Positions 51,640 to 60,589 of a stretch of 63,338 bases of DNA are shown in pieces. The notes beneath the pieces are model-generated. The model saw only the letters and a program-made list of their open reading frames with translations, had not been told where the DNA came from and made no database searches. The position numbers and the translations under genes are program-made. Within the stretch, counting starts at the first letter, position 1; every line of letters begins with the position of its first letter. Origin of the DNA: a virus (Duplodnaviria > Caudoviricetes); IMG/VR virus record IMGVR_UViG_3300037420_001819, positions 1 to 63,338 of that record; one strand, given 5' to 3'.

Positions 51640-52476
51640 TTAGACGCCGGCGTCCGCGCGGATGTCGGCTTCCTCGGCGTCGGCCTTGGCGACCAGTTCC
51701 GCGTTCGCCGGGTCGGCGCAGACGGCGCCGAAGGCGATGGCGTAATCCTCGCCGTTCTTTTCGGCCCGCTCGCTCGCCATCTTCTCGAGGCGGGCGGTGG
51801 CCGAGCTCTCGTTCTTCAGCAGCGAGGCGTGGCCGACGGCGGCGGCGTTCATGCGGCACATCTCGGCGTGGGCCCGGAACACGGTCTCGATGGTCTCGCG
51901 CTCGTCCTGGCCGAGGCCCTGCGCCGCCTTCAGCACGGCGACGGTCTTCTCGACGCCGACGCCCAGGCCCTTGAACTCGGTCTCGGCGCGCTTCTGCAGC
52001 GACACGGTCTCGCCGGCCTTCTTCACCGCGGCGAGCTCGGCGGAGGTGTCGTCCAGCGACTTTTGCAGCGGGGCGACGGCGGCGTCGACCGCCGACTTGA
52101 CGATGGCGGCGATGTCCTCGGCCTTCATCGTCTTTTCGCCGGTCTTTTCACCCTCCTTCGCCTTGCCGAAGCCGGACTTCTCGACCCAGGCGGCGACTTC
52201 GGTCTGGCGGTCGGTCTCGGACTTCTCGAGGTGGGCGTTGAGCGCCGACTCGTCGGTCAGGGTGTCGACGTAGGCCGCGGCGGCGCCGCCGGCCAGAAGG
52301 ATGGACTTGAGCAGCTGAGCCTTCAGCATGTTCTGGTTCTCCGGTTGTTCCGACGGGGTGTCCGCGGATTTCTTGAGGAAGACTTTGGCGTGGGGATTCG
52401 AGCCGCGACGGACGAAGCTGACCTCCATCTCGCCCTTCGGATCGACGTCGAGGATGCGGCGCACGGCCTTCGGCAT
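51640..52476 (-). CDS. capsid scaffolding protein
   Basis: EVSFVRRGSNPHAKVFLKKS followed by helical segments with KS/KA repeats; AAGGAG RBS. Confidence 0.7.
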   Translation of the reverse strand: MPKAVRRILDVDPKGEMEVSFVRRGSNPHAKVFLKKSADTPSEQPENQNMLKAQLLKSILLAGGAAAAYVDTLTDESALNAHLEKSETDRQTEVAAWVEKSGFGKAKEGEKTGEKTMKAEDIAAIVKSAVDAAVAPLQKSLDDTSAELAAVKKAGETVSLQKRAETEFKGLGVGVEKTVAVLKAAQGLGQDERETIETVFRAHAEMCRMNAAAVGHASLLKNESSATARLEKMASERAEKNGEDYAIAFGAVCADPANAELVAKADAEEADIRADAGV

Positions 52477-52481
52477 GACGG

Positions 52482-53603
52482 CTACTCCTTGATGGGCTCG
52501 ACGAAGGCGTCGCAGCCGATGGACAGTTCGAAGTCGGACGCCTTGGCCACGTCCCAGACGTCGTCGTCGGCACAGTGGAAGCCGAGCAGGGCGCCCTCGA
52601 ACTCGATCTTGCGCACCACCGCGGCCTCGGCCTTGGTCAGCGCCCCGGCGGCCTCCAGCGTGTCGGCGATGCCGGCCCAGATCTCGGGGCGGAACACCAG
52701 GCCCTCGACGATCTCGGATTTCTTCGCGCCGGCGTGGTCGAACTTGCCCGCCCGGGAGCCCTTGATGATCTCGTGGGTCAGGGTCAGCAGGGCGTCGGTG
52801 GTGATCTCGTCGCGGTGGCTGTCGACGACGTTCTCGCCGTTGATCTTCGACACGCTGGCCCAGCCGTAGACCATCCGCTCCTCGTCGCCGGAGCGCAGCA
52901 CCCGCGAGATGTTCGGTTCCGGCGTCTGCGGCTGCTGGCCCCTGGTCAGGCGCTCGAGCAGGCCGTCGTGGTTGGCGAACAGCCGGTCGGCCGACTTCTG
53001 CAGCAGCGGCGCGCCCTGCCCCATCAGCAGCAGGGTCTGCCGGTCGATCGGGTCGATCCCCTTCAGCACCAGGTCCGGCTCGGCCGCGACGGCGGCGGCG
53101 GCGAGGTCGGGCCCGGCGGCGAACGCGGCGCCCTTCTCGATCACCGCCTTCGCGTCCGGCGCGAACGGGGCGAACACCTCCGGGCCGAAGATCATCGACG
53201 GCGGCATCGCCGCCAGCGCCTCGTCGGAGACCTCGAACCCCTTGGCGTCGTAGGACAGGGTGACGTGCGGCCGGTACTCCGGCCAGTCCGACACCGCGCC
53301 CTGGCCGAGGAAGAACCAGTTCCGGTCGGTCAGGCACCAGTCCCAGAACAGGAAGGTCAGCACCGACTCGTCCAGCCCGAGGAAGCCGATCCGCCCCTCG
53401 GTCGAGTAGACCTGGACGGTGTGGCTCTGCGGCTTGACCTTCACGTCGGTCCGCGAGGCGATCACCGTGACGTGCATGTCGGCGGCCGCCACCGGGTTGG
53501 GGACGCCGTACTTCTCCGCCCACTTCGCCCAGGCGTCGGCGTTGAGCACCGGCCGGCTGACGTACAGCCCCGAACGCTTGGCGATGCGGTCGAAGATCTT
53601 CAT
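52482..53603 (-). CDS. fusion: 2H phosphoesterase (Acb1/57B-like) plus XkdF-like prohead protease
   Basis: N-term LYVSRPV...MHVTVIASR...EYRPHVTLSY (two HxT motifs); C-term ERMVYGWASV...VDSHRDEI...H...ELSIG. Confidence 0.8.
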   Translation of the reverse strand: MKIFDRIAKRSGLYVSRPVLNADAWAKWAEKYGVPNPVAAADMHVTVIASRTDVKVKPQSHTVQVYSTEGRIGFLGLDESVLTFLFWDWCLTDRNWFFLGQGAVSDWPEYRPHVTLSYDAKGFEVSDEALAAMPPSMIFGPEVFAPFAPDAKAVIEKGAAFAAGPDLAAAAVAAEPDLVLKGIDPIDRQTLLLMGQGAPLLQKSADRLFANHDGLLERLTRGQQPQTPEPNISRVLRSGDEERMVYGWASVSKINGENVVDSHRDEITTDALLTLTHEIIKGSRAGKFDHAGAKKSEIVEGLVFRPEIWAGIADTLEAAGALTKAEAAVVRKIEFEGALLGFHCADDDVWDVAKASDFELSIGCDAFVEPIKE

Positions 53604-53667
53604 TTGACGCCCCCGCGGCGAATTCCGTTGATTCGGGAGTGTGCCTGAAGCGCGGCCGCTGTGAACA

Positions 53668-55113
53668 TCACTCGGAGCGGACCCGCATCGGCTTGGCGCG
53701 CGGCGGCTTCGCGGCCGGGGGCGTCCCGGGCTGCGGCTCGACCGGTTTCGGCTTCGGCTTCTGGTCGGCCACGGCGCGGCGGGCCTGGCGCAGGCCGGCC
53801 TTGTCCAGCACCGCCTCCTTCAGCGCCGGATCCTCGGCGAACAGCGGCTCGGCGTCGGCCAGGCGCTGCACCAGCAGGCCGATCTGGTCGATGGTCTCGT
53901 CGGCGATGCGGCCCATCTCCAGCCGCGGCCGGTACTTCGCCGGCGAGGCGTTCATCAGCCACAGCAGGCGCAGCGCCTTGCGATTGTACTCGTCGGCGAT
54001 CTTGCGGCCGAACCACTTCAGCGAGCGCAGCGCCAGCGTCGACTGGTCAGAGCTCAGGGCGTTGGAGCCGCCGGCGCGGTCGCCCAGGTGCAGGAACTGC
54101 ATCAGCACGGTGCGGGCGGTGGCCCGGTCGTAGTCGCGCGCGGCGGTGCGCGCGTCGATCGAACGCTGCCCCGAGCTCGAGATGATCCGGAAGTCGTACT
54201 TGCGCACGTCGGACGGCTTGCCGTCGGCGTCCTCGAACACGTCGGAGGGCAGCACCAGACCGGCGGCCTGGTTGAAGCGCATCTTCTGCGCCGCCGCCTT
54301 CGCCGCCTCGATGCGGGCGCGGGCGCGGACCGCCGCCGGCGTCGGCCGGCCGTCCGCCCCCACCTTCTCCGCCTCCAGCAGCAGCTCCTCGGGGACGTCG
54401 AACACCGGCATCCCGCACATCTCGCGGTCGATGCCGACGGCCTCGGACTCCTGGATCCGCTGCTTCAGCGTCCAGACCCGGTAGGCGTTGCGCAGCAGGC
54501 TGCGGCCCCACGGGTTGTTCAGCACCGAACTGGTCCGGTAATGCAGCAGCTTCCACACCGGGATCTCGGCGCGGCCCCGGTACAGGGTCTGCTGGACCAT
54601 GTGGGTCAGCTTGCCGTCCGGGCCGCTCATCCAGTCGGCGACGGTGTGCTGGTCGCGCAGGTACAGCCCCTCGTAGCCCCAGCGGCCGTCGGCGTACTTG
54701 CAGGTCTCGCCGTCGCGCTTGCGGAACACGATCTCGCACGGGGCGAAGCCGGCCCAGATCATGGTCAGCGCCTCCTCGACGTGCTCGCCCCAGGAGTGCT
54801 CCATGTCGTCGAGACAGGAGTCGGCGAAGTCGGCCCACTTCGTCGCCCTCTCGTAGTCCGGATGGTCCGGCCCGACCTCGCGGTCGTTGACGCAGGGAAC
54901 GTGTTTCCATTCGATCTGCGCCAGGGTCGAGACGAACACCCACAGGATGGCCCCGATCGTCTCGTCGGTCTCGGCCATGCGCTGCAGGTTGCGCAGCCCG
55001 TTCCAGCCGTCGAGGTCGGGGACGAAGTAGAAGCCGTCGCGGCCGCGGCCGTGGGCGAAGTCGACCGCCTCGCCGAGTTCCAGTTCGGCCTGCGCCGTCG
55101 ATACCTTGCTCAT
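53668..55113 (-). CDS. portal protein (DUF935-like)
   Basis: NNPWGRSLLRNAYRVW, GMPV, ARTVLMQFL; follows terL; GAGGA RBS. Confidence 0.88.
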   Translation of the reverse strand: MSKVSTAQAELELGEAVDFAHGRGRDGFYFVPDLDGWNGLRNLQRMAETDETIGAILWVFVSTLAQIEWKHVPCVNDREVGPDHPDYERATKWADFADSCLDDMEHSWGEHVEEALTMIWAGFAPCEIVFRKRDGETCKYADGRWGYEGLYLRDQHTVADWMSGPDGKLTHMVQQTLYRGRAEIPVWKLLHYRTSSVLNNPWGRSLLRNAYRVWTLKQRIQESEAVGIDREMCGMPVFDVPEELLLEAEKVGADGRPTPAAVRARARIEAAKAAAQKMRFNQAAGLVLPSDVFEDADGKPSDVRKYDFRIISSSGQRSIDARTAARDYDRATARTVLMQFLHLGDRAGGSNALSSDQSTLALRSLKWFGRKIADEYNRKALRLLWLMNASPAKYRPRLEMGRIADETIDQIGLLVQRLADAEPLFAEDPALKEAVLDKAGLRQARRAVADQKPKPKPVEPQPGTPPAAKPPRAKPMRVRSE

Positions 55114-56573
55114 TCCTCGGCCCCGAAATCGTCGAAGGTGTAGATGCCGCTCACGGCTCCGCTGGAGCCAGAGCCGCCCTTCTTGCTGAGTCGCGTCAAT
55201 CCCCAGACCGCCGCGTCGGCCCGGTCGAAGTCCTCGCCGGTCGGGTCGTAGCCGTCGTGCAGCGCGGTCATCTGGCGCTCGAGCTCGTAGAATCGGCCCG
55301 GCGCCTGGTCGTGCCCGACCTCGCCGACATGGCTGACCTTGCCCTGCTCGTAGGCGGCCGCCACCGGCTCGGCGCGGCGCTGCTTGCCGCGGGTGGCGCG
55401 CACCTTCACCACCTTCACGTCGACCCCGGCGCCGGCGCCGACCTGCTCGATCACCATGCGCACCATGTCGCCGCCCTGGTTCACCTCGGCGACGATCTCG
55501 TCGGCCTGGTAGTCGATGAAGGCCTGCACCGCGGCGCGCGCCCACTTCTCCGGGCCGCCCTTCACCGAACGGTCGGCCAGCACGAAGCGCTTTTCGCCCT
55601 TGCGGGCGCAGACCACGATCCCGGCGGCGTGCGCCGTGCCGGTGGCGGTCATGTTCGGGTCGACCCCGACCACCACCCGGTCGCAGCTGCGGGCGAAGTC
55701 GCGGGCGAACTGCTCCGGGTCGGCCCCGGCCGGGGTGCGGATGCGGTGCTTGTCCAGCGTCTCGGACAGGAACAGGGCGCCGTCCTCGTCGCCAAGCACT
55801 TCGGCGTACAGCTCCTGTTTACCGAGAGACGTTCCCTCGTAGGCGTCGCGCACCTTCTTGAGGTACTTCTTGGCCAGATTGTCAGAATTCTCGAACGTCG
55901 AGCCGCGCGTAATCATGATTCCTTCGTCTTTCTTGGCGTCTTCCAGGATCTTCTTCAGCCATCGGTGCGGCCGCGGCGTGGTGGTGTACAGCAGCTGCGG
56001 GTTGGTCCCGAGCCGCAGGCCGAACTCCATGTTGGAGATCGCCTTGGTCCGGGCCTCCGGCGGGAAGGCCATCGGCTCGTCGACCCAGGCCGCCTCGAAC
56101 TGCGGGCCGCGCAGCGCCTCCGGGTCGGCCGCCGAATAGACGAACCCGACCGCGCCGTTCGGCCATTCCAGGTGGCCGCAGCCGACCGACGGGTAGAACT
56201 TCGGCCGCATCCACGACGGGCTGCAGGCCAGGATCCCGGACTCGCCCTCGATCATCACCTCGCGCACGTCGTCCTCGCCCTGACCCAGAAGGCAGACCCG
56301 GCCGACGCCGCGGTTCTCCACCAGGTCGCGGACCCACTCCGAGCCGGTGCGGCTCTTGCCGAAGCCGCGCCCGGCCAGGATCAGCCAGGTGTGCCAGTCG
56401 CCGTCCGGCGGCAGTTGCTTGTCGCGGGCCCAGATGCGCCAGTCCTTGGCGAACTCCTCGAGCTCGCGCGCCGACAGCGCGTCGAGGAAGGCGGCGCGGT
56501 GCGCCTTGTCGAGCGTCTTCCACCACTCGGCGGTGTAGCCCGCGGCCCACCACCTCGAATCCTCTCGGCGCAT
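55110..56573 (-). CDS. terL: terminase large subunit
   Basis: Walker A LAGRGFGKS, LRGPQFEAAWVDE, YTTTP, nuclease VGVDP...DRADA. Confidence 0.95.
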   Translation of the reverse strand: MRREDSRWWAAGYTAEWWKTLDKAHRAAFLDALSARELEEFAKDWRIWARDKQLPPDGDWHTWLILAGRGFGKSRTGSEWVRDLVENRGVGRVCLLGQGEDDVREVMIEGESGILACSPSWMRPKFYPSVGCGHLEWPNGAVGFVYSAADPEALRGPQFEAAWVDEPMAFPPEARTKAISNMEFGLRLGTNPQLLYTTTPRPHRWLKKILEDAKKDEGIMITRGSTFENSDNLAKKYLKKVRDAYEGTSLGKQELYAEVLGDEDGALFLSETLDKHRIRTPAGADPEQFARDFARSCDRVVVGVDPNMTATGTAHAAGIVVCARKGEKRFVLADRSVKGGPEKWARAAVQAFIDYQADEIVAEVNQGGDMVRMVIEQVGAGAGVDVKVVKVRATRGKQRRAEPVAAAYEQGKVSHVGEVGHDQAPGRFYELERQMTALHDGYDPTGEDFDRADAAVWGLTRLSKKGGSGSSGAVSGIYTFDDFGAEE

Positions 56574-56737
56574 CAGAACTCCCGGGCGTCGCGGAACCAC
56601 GGATCGACCGCGGGTCCGGGGCGGGGCGGCCGCGCCCGGTCGACGAAGTCCGGCGTGATCTCGGCCTGGTCCGCCCGGCCGAGCCGGTAGCCCAGCAGGG
56701 CGGCGACGCCGATCAGCAGCCAGACCCAGTCGCCCAT
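56573..56737 (-). CDS. small membrane protein
   Basis: MGDWVWLLIGVAALLGYRLG; stop overlaps the terL ATG. Confidence 0.55.
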   Translation of the reverse strand: MGDWVWLLIGVAALLGYRLGRADQAEITPDFVDRARPPRPGPAVDPWFRDAREF

Positions 56738-56797
56738 GCGGCCCCCGGCCGGTTTCGGAAAACCCGCCGAAAGCTGGGCCGATTCGGCCGCGGGCAC

Positions 56798-56840
56798 GAA
56801 AAAGCCCCGCCGGACGGGGTGGGGTCCGACGGGGCTTTCC
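56798..56840 (-). terminator. intrinsic terminator upstream of the terL operon
   Basis: AAAGCCCCGTCGGAC...GTCCGGCGGGGCTTTTTC on -. Confidence 0.75.
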
Positions 56841-56859
56841 CGGTTACTCTCGCGTCCGC

Positions 56860-57204
56860 CTACGGGGACGGGGGGGTCTGGCCGCAGGCGGCGTCAGGGT
56901 CGGCGATTCCCTCGACCTGGTCGAGCGGCACGAAAACCGAGCCGCGCAGGTAGCCGCGCCAGTCGCCGCACGGGAACACCAGCGCCTCGACCAGGCCGAA
57001 GCCGGCGCGGCCGTCGGTCGGGGTCCAGGTCTGGCCCTGCGACCCGACCCGCGGCGCGATCGGGAAGCGGGCGATCTTGGCGCAGGCCGGGCAGCGGATC
57101 GACAACTGCTGGTCCGAACGGTGGCCGGTGCGCCGCGCCGCGCCCGGCGCGCCGCCGCCCTTCTTGAAGAAGCCGTCGACCAGGCGGAACTGGACGGGGT
57201 TCAT
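56860..57204 (-). CDS. hypothetical protein (DUF6527-like)
   Basis: IRCPAC...TWT...CGDWRGYLRG. Confidence 0.55.
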   Translation of the reverse strand: MNPVQFRLVDGFFKKGGGAPGAARRTGHRSDQQLSIRCPACAKIARFPIAPRVGSQGQTWTPTDGRAGFGLVEALVFPCGDWRGYLRGSVFVPLDQVEGIADPDAACGQTPPSP

Positions 57205-57428
57205 CGCGGCAGGTCCCACGCCGAGATGTCGTAGAACGGCGCGATCGCACGCTTGGCGGTGACGATGACCTCTTGGAAATCCCGGCGGTCCTGCGGCTCC
57301 GGGATCAGGCCGGGCAGGCGGCAGATCATGGTCGAGCCCAGCATGGCGGCGCGGGTCGAGGACTCCGGCGGCGACCAGGCCCGCAGCGGCTCGTACCAGG
57401 GGCCGGGGCAGCGGTGAAGTTCCGCCAT
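57201..57428 (-). CDS. hypothetical protein
   Basis: MAELHRCPGPWY..., coupled to both neighbours. Confidence 0.5.
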   Translation of the reverse strand: MAELHRCPGPWYEPLRAWSPPESSTRAAMLGSTMICRLPGLIPEPQDRRDFQEVIVTAKRAIAPFYDISAWDLPR

Positions 57429-57829
57429 CACCGCAGCACCCAAAGCAGGATCGCCGTCCACAGCGCCTTGCAGGCGAGGTGCAGGATCTGATCGCGGTTG
57501 AACGAGCCCTCGCCGACGGCGCCGAGCCGGCCGGAGCATTTCAGGTGGTCGATCGTGGCGTGGAACCCGGCCTCGGCGACACCGAAGACCAGACCGAGTC
57601 GCACGGCCGCGCGCGGATCCATACCGCCCAGGGCGAGGAAGACGGCGACCACCGCCCATGCGGCCGCGCCGTGGATCGCGGCGTGGCTGGCGAGGATGGT
57701 TCGCCACGGCACGCCCGGGATCGGGGCCGATGCGTTCTTGGCGCGGGCGAGGAAGTCTCCTTGGCCGGGGTAGTCGGCGACGAGGTGGGCCACCACGAAG
57801 GCGGCGAACAGGGGAACGGCGTCGACCAT
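57428..57829 (-). CDS. DUF3307 family membrane protein
   Basis: AHLVADYPGQ, HAAIHG, HATIDHLK, DQILHLACK. Confidence 0.85.
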   Translation of the reverse strand: MVDAVPLFAAFVVAHLVADYPGQGDFLARAKNASAPIPGVPWRTILASHAAIHGAAAWAVVAVFLALGGMDPRAAVRLGLVFGVAEAGFHATIDHLKCSGRLGAVGEGSFNRDQILHLACKALWTAILLWVLR

Positions 57830-57831
57830 GC

Positions 57832-58488
57832 TCACGCCGCCTCGGTCAGGATGCGGAGCGCGTCGCGCAGGTCGGCGTAGTGGACGCGGGCCTCGCCGCC
57901 CTTCGCCTGCTCGAGGTCGTCGCGCAGCCGGGCCAGCAGCACGGCCGACGGCCTCGGCGCCGGCTCCTTTTCGCCGCGCAGGTAGGACTCGAACCGGGCC
58001 GCCAAGCTGATCACGGCGCCGGCGTCCAATTCGGCCCCCAGCACCGCCAGCTCGAGCGCGCGGTCGCGCAGCTCGGCGTCGCGATCCTCGTCGTGAGCGC
58101 CGGTCTCCTCCTCGAGGACCTGGTGGGCCTCGGCGATGTCGGCGCAGGGCAGGACGAAGGCCGGGTCGAGCCGGGCGCGGTACGCCGCCGGCAGGTTTTC
58201 GTTCAGGCCCATCGGCACGCCTTCGACCTCTGGGAACTCGGCCTGCGGCTGGTGGTGCGCCTCGAACCACGCCGGGCCGACGAAGCGGATCCGGTCGCCG
58301 TCCAGCAGCAGGTAGTCGCCGGACTGCGGAACGATCTCGGTCAGCATGTCGGCTGTCACCGGCACGCGGACGCCGCCGTCCAGCACCACGGCGAACAGCG
58401 CCGGGCCGTCGTACTCGAGGCGGGTGACGCGGGCGGCGCGCACCGGGATGACCCGGTCGTAGAGCGGAAGGGTGTCGAGTTCGGCCAT
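57832..58488 (-). CDS. hypothetical protein
   Basis: 218 aa, ACAGGAGG RBS; PQSGDYLL...WFE. Confidence 0.75.
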   Translation of the reverse strand: MAELDTLPLYDRVIPVRAARVTRLEYDGPALFAVVLDGGVRVPVTADMLTEIVPQSGDYLLLDGDRIRFVGPAWFEAHHQPQAEFPEVEGVPMGLNENLPAAYRARLDPAFVLPCADIAEAHQVLEEETGAHDEDRDAELRDRALELAVLGAELDAGAVISLAARFESYLRGEKEPAPRPSAVLLARLRDDLEQAKGGEARVHYADLRDALRILTEAA

Positions 58489-58536
58489 GGGGGCCTCCTG
58501 TGCGTGGGAGGCCCAGCGGTACGGCGATTCGCGCGT

Positions 58537-58767
58537 CTACACCGACCGGGGGTAGATCGCCCGCCGCACGACCTGCAGCATCTCGCGGCGGATCCGCAGT
58601 TCCGGCACGCCGCCGCGGGCGACGACGATCTCCTCGAGGCCGCTGTGGAAAACCACGTCGCCGGGCATGTCGTCGTCGACCACCATCCACAGCACATGCG
58701 GCGCGCCGATCGGGCAGACCAGGTCGCCGAGCGCGAGGCGGGAGTAGGCGATCACCCGAGCGCCCAT
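58537..58767 (-). CDS. hypothetical protein
   Basis: 76 aa, LGDLVCPIGAPHVLWMV. Confidence 0.5.
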   Translation of the reverse strand: MGARVIAYSRLALGDLVCPIGAPHVLWMVVDDDMPGDVVFHSGLEEIVVARGGVPELRIRREMLQVVRRAIYPRSV

Positions 58768-58843
58768 TTGATCAGACCCGCGACGCCGAACAGAACCAGG
58801 CCGAGGCCGAGGCCGAACCCGAAGGCGACCCCGGCCCAGAACA

Positions 58844-59461
58844 TCAGCCGAACGCCCGCTTCAGCAGGTCGTCGGCGGCCTCGCCGTAGTCGGGGCCGAG
58901 GTCCGCCTCAACGGTCGGGGCCGGTTTTCCGGGCGCGGCGGCCGCCGGGGCCGGCAGGCCCCGCTCCATCAGGCGCGCGGTCAGGTCGGCGAGGCCGGCC
59001 GTGGCTTGCGGGTTCTCAGGGCTCGGCCGGCCGGGCCGCCCCTTGGTCTCGGCGGGCGCGCCCTCGGTCGCCTGCAGACGCGACGTCTCGCGGTCGACGA
59101 TCTTCCAGCGCAGGTCGGCGGCCTTGGTCATCATGGCGGCGTCGTTGGTGCAGCGCGCCTGCCGCCACATCTGGTTGGCCATCCACTTGATCTCGCCGAA
59201 CAGCGGATCCTTCTCGAGCTCGGCCTTCTCGTCCTGCAAGTCCTTCATCCTCGCCTGGAACTCGGCGGTCCGTTCGATGCGGATCCGGTACTGGCCGGAG
59301 CCGCCGTCGTCACGGTAGCCGGCGTGCCGCCAGGCGTCGGCCCGGGTGACGCCGTCGGCCATCAGCAGGGCGAACAGCTCGATCCGGGGGTTCTGGATCG
59401 CCCCGTCGGCGAGCCGCACCACCTTGGTTTCGAACAGTTCCTTGGCCGCCTTGCCCGCCAT
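58844..59461 (-). CDS. terminase small subunit-like protein; carries LGPDYGE
   Basis: NPRIELFALLMADGVTRADAWRHAGY HTH typical of TerS; upstream of terL on the same strand; start could be 59470. Confidence 0.65.
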   Translation of the reverse strand: MAGKAAKELFETKVVRLADGAIQNPRIELFALLMADGVTRADAWRHAGYRDDGGSGQYRIRIERTAEFQARMKDLQDEKAELEKDPLFGEIKWMANQMWRQARCTNDAAMMTKAADLRWKIVDRETSRLQATEGAPAETKGRPGRPSPENPQATAGLADLTARLMERGLPAPAAAAPGKPAPTVEADLGPDYGEAADDLLKRAFG

Positions 59462-59485
59462 GAGGGCCAAGCTGCGCCGATTCGG

Positions 59486-59730
59486 GAAGCGCCGCGCCCC
59501 GGAGCCGTATCGCTCCGGGGTCGTCGTGTCGCTTCGCTTCAGGAATCTCGGTTCGGAACGGACCGGCTCTCGCTCGCCCCAGATCGCCGGTCCATCCCTT
59601 CCGCCGCGTCGCCGCGACGGCGTTTATCCGGAGGCCAGGCCTACTCCGCGCTGCAGTCGCGGGATCTTCGGCGCCCTGTCGGTTGGTGAACCGCCCGACA
59701 TGGTGGCGAGCCACGGATGGGATGCCGGGA
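59486..59730 (-). ncRNA. highly structured non-coding leader or ncRNA candidate upstream of terS
   Basis: Hairpins TGTCGG..CCGACA, GGACCGGC..GCCGGTCC, CCCCGGAGC..GCTCCGGGG; possible CATCCC/GGGATG long-range pair. Confidence 0.35.
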
Positions 59731-59754
59731 CGCTGGGTGAGTCGGCCGCGACGG

Positions 59755-60009
59755 TCAAGCGTCCGGCCGCGCCTCGTCAAAGGCCGCGCCCGGCGACTCG
59801 AACGCCGGGGCCCGCGGCCGCCAGGTGTAGGTGACGGTCCATTCGTCGCCGCGGCGGTGGACGCCGGCCTCCACCGCATAGTCCGCGCCCGCGCGCAGGC
59901 CGTGGTGATAGACCGCGTTCAGGCCGCGCGAACAGGCCCGCTCGACCTGCAGGCCGCGCGCCTCGCGCCCGGTCTCGATCCGCTCGTTCCAACTGCAGCC
60001 GCTTCTCAT
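59755..60009 (-). CDS. hypothetical protein
   Basis: MRSGCSWNERIETG...WTVTYTW; AGGA RBS; start may be 60048. Confidence 0.5.
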   Translation of the reverse strand: MRSGCSWNERIETGREARGLQVERACSRGLNAVYHHGLRAGADYAVEAGVHRRGDEWTVTYTWRPRAPAFESPGAAFDEARPDA

Positions 60010-60019
60010 GGCGGCTATC

Positions 60020-60400
60020 CTACGCCGCCGCGGCGCGGCCCGCGTCATTCATCCGCAGGACGGGCTCTATCACCGGCACGCCCGCGGCGCGGGCCTTGGC
60101 CAGCATGTCGGCGGTGCCGCGGCCGCCGGGGAAGCCGACCACCAGGTCCGGCGCGCCCTCGCGCAGCATCTTCGTGTTGCGGATCGGCCCGGCCGCGGGT
60201 CCGGCGCTCCAGTCGGCGCGGAACTCGCGCTCCGGCACGCCGCGCCACTCCGCCCACTTCTTCGCCATCCAGTCGGCCCCGGTCCCGCCGCCCTGCACCA
60301 CCAGCGAAAAGCCGTACAGCCGGTGCAGCAGATCGAGGCTGCGCACCAGGAACACCTTGTCGGCGAAGTCGCGGCCGCCGCAGACGAGGACGCGGGTCAC
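60020..60400 (-). CDS. DUF2493 / YspA SLOG-family protein
   Basis: RVLVCGGRDF, VVQGGGTGADWMAKKWA, ADW...AAGPIRNTKML, FPGGRGTADM. Confidence 0.88.
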   Translation of the reverse strand: MTRVLVCGGRDFADKVFLVRSLDLLHRLYGFSLVVQGGGTGADWMAKKWAEWRGVPEREFRADWSAGPAAGPIRNTKMLREGAPDLVVGFPGGRGTADMLAKARAAGVPVIEPVLRMNDAGRAAAA

Positions 60401-60552
60401 CGCGGAAAGCGGACCGGGGTCGATAACTCGCCGAACATGGCCTTCAGGCGTTCGGTGCGGTCGCGCTCGCACGTCCGGCACTCCGGGATCGTCTTTCCAC
60501 GGCCCAGGTCGCGCATCTGAAGGGTTTCGCCGTGCGTTTCGCACTTTTTCAT
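60397..60552 (-). CDS. small zinc-binding protein (not in the ORF track)
   Basis: MKKCETHG...PECRTCERDR...FPR*, 51 aa, GGGAG RBS, GTGA overlap with DUF2493. Confidence 0.6.
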   Translation of the reverse strand: MKKCETHGETLQMRDLGRGKTIPECRTCERDRTERLKAMFGELSTPVRFPR

Positions 60553-60589
60553 CGAGGGGTCTCCCGTGCGGCACAGGCGTAGCAGACAT

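Noticed and set aside
58752-58844. Very short hydrophobic ORFs (58752-58844 -, 26836-26913 -, 5993-6073 +, 62798-62905 +)
   Set aside because: Plausible 25-35 aa peptides with start/stop coupling, but too short to support without conservation or expression data.
59640-59750. Possible tRNA
   Set aside because: No T-loop GTTCRA, cloverleaf or CCA end recognisable here or in other intergenic gaps.
60400-60589. N-terminal extension of the DUF2493 ORF shown in the track
   Set aside because: Better explained by a separate 51-aa ORF (60397-60552) with an RBS and GTGA coupling.
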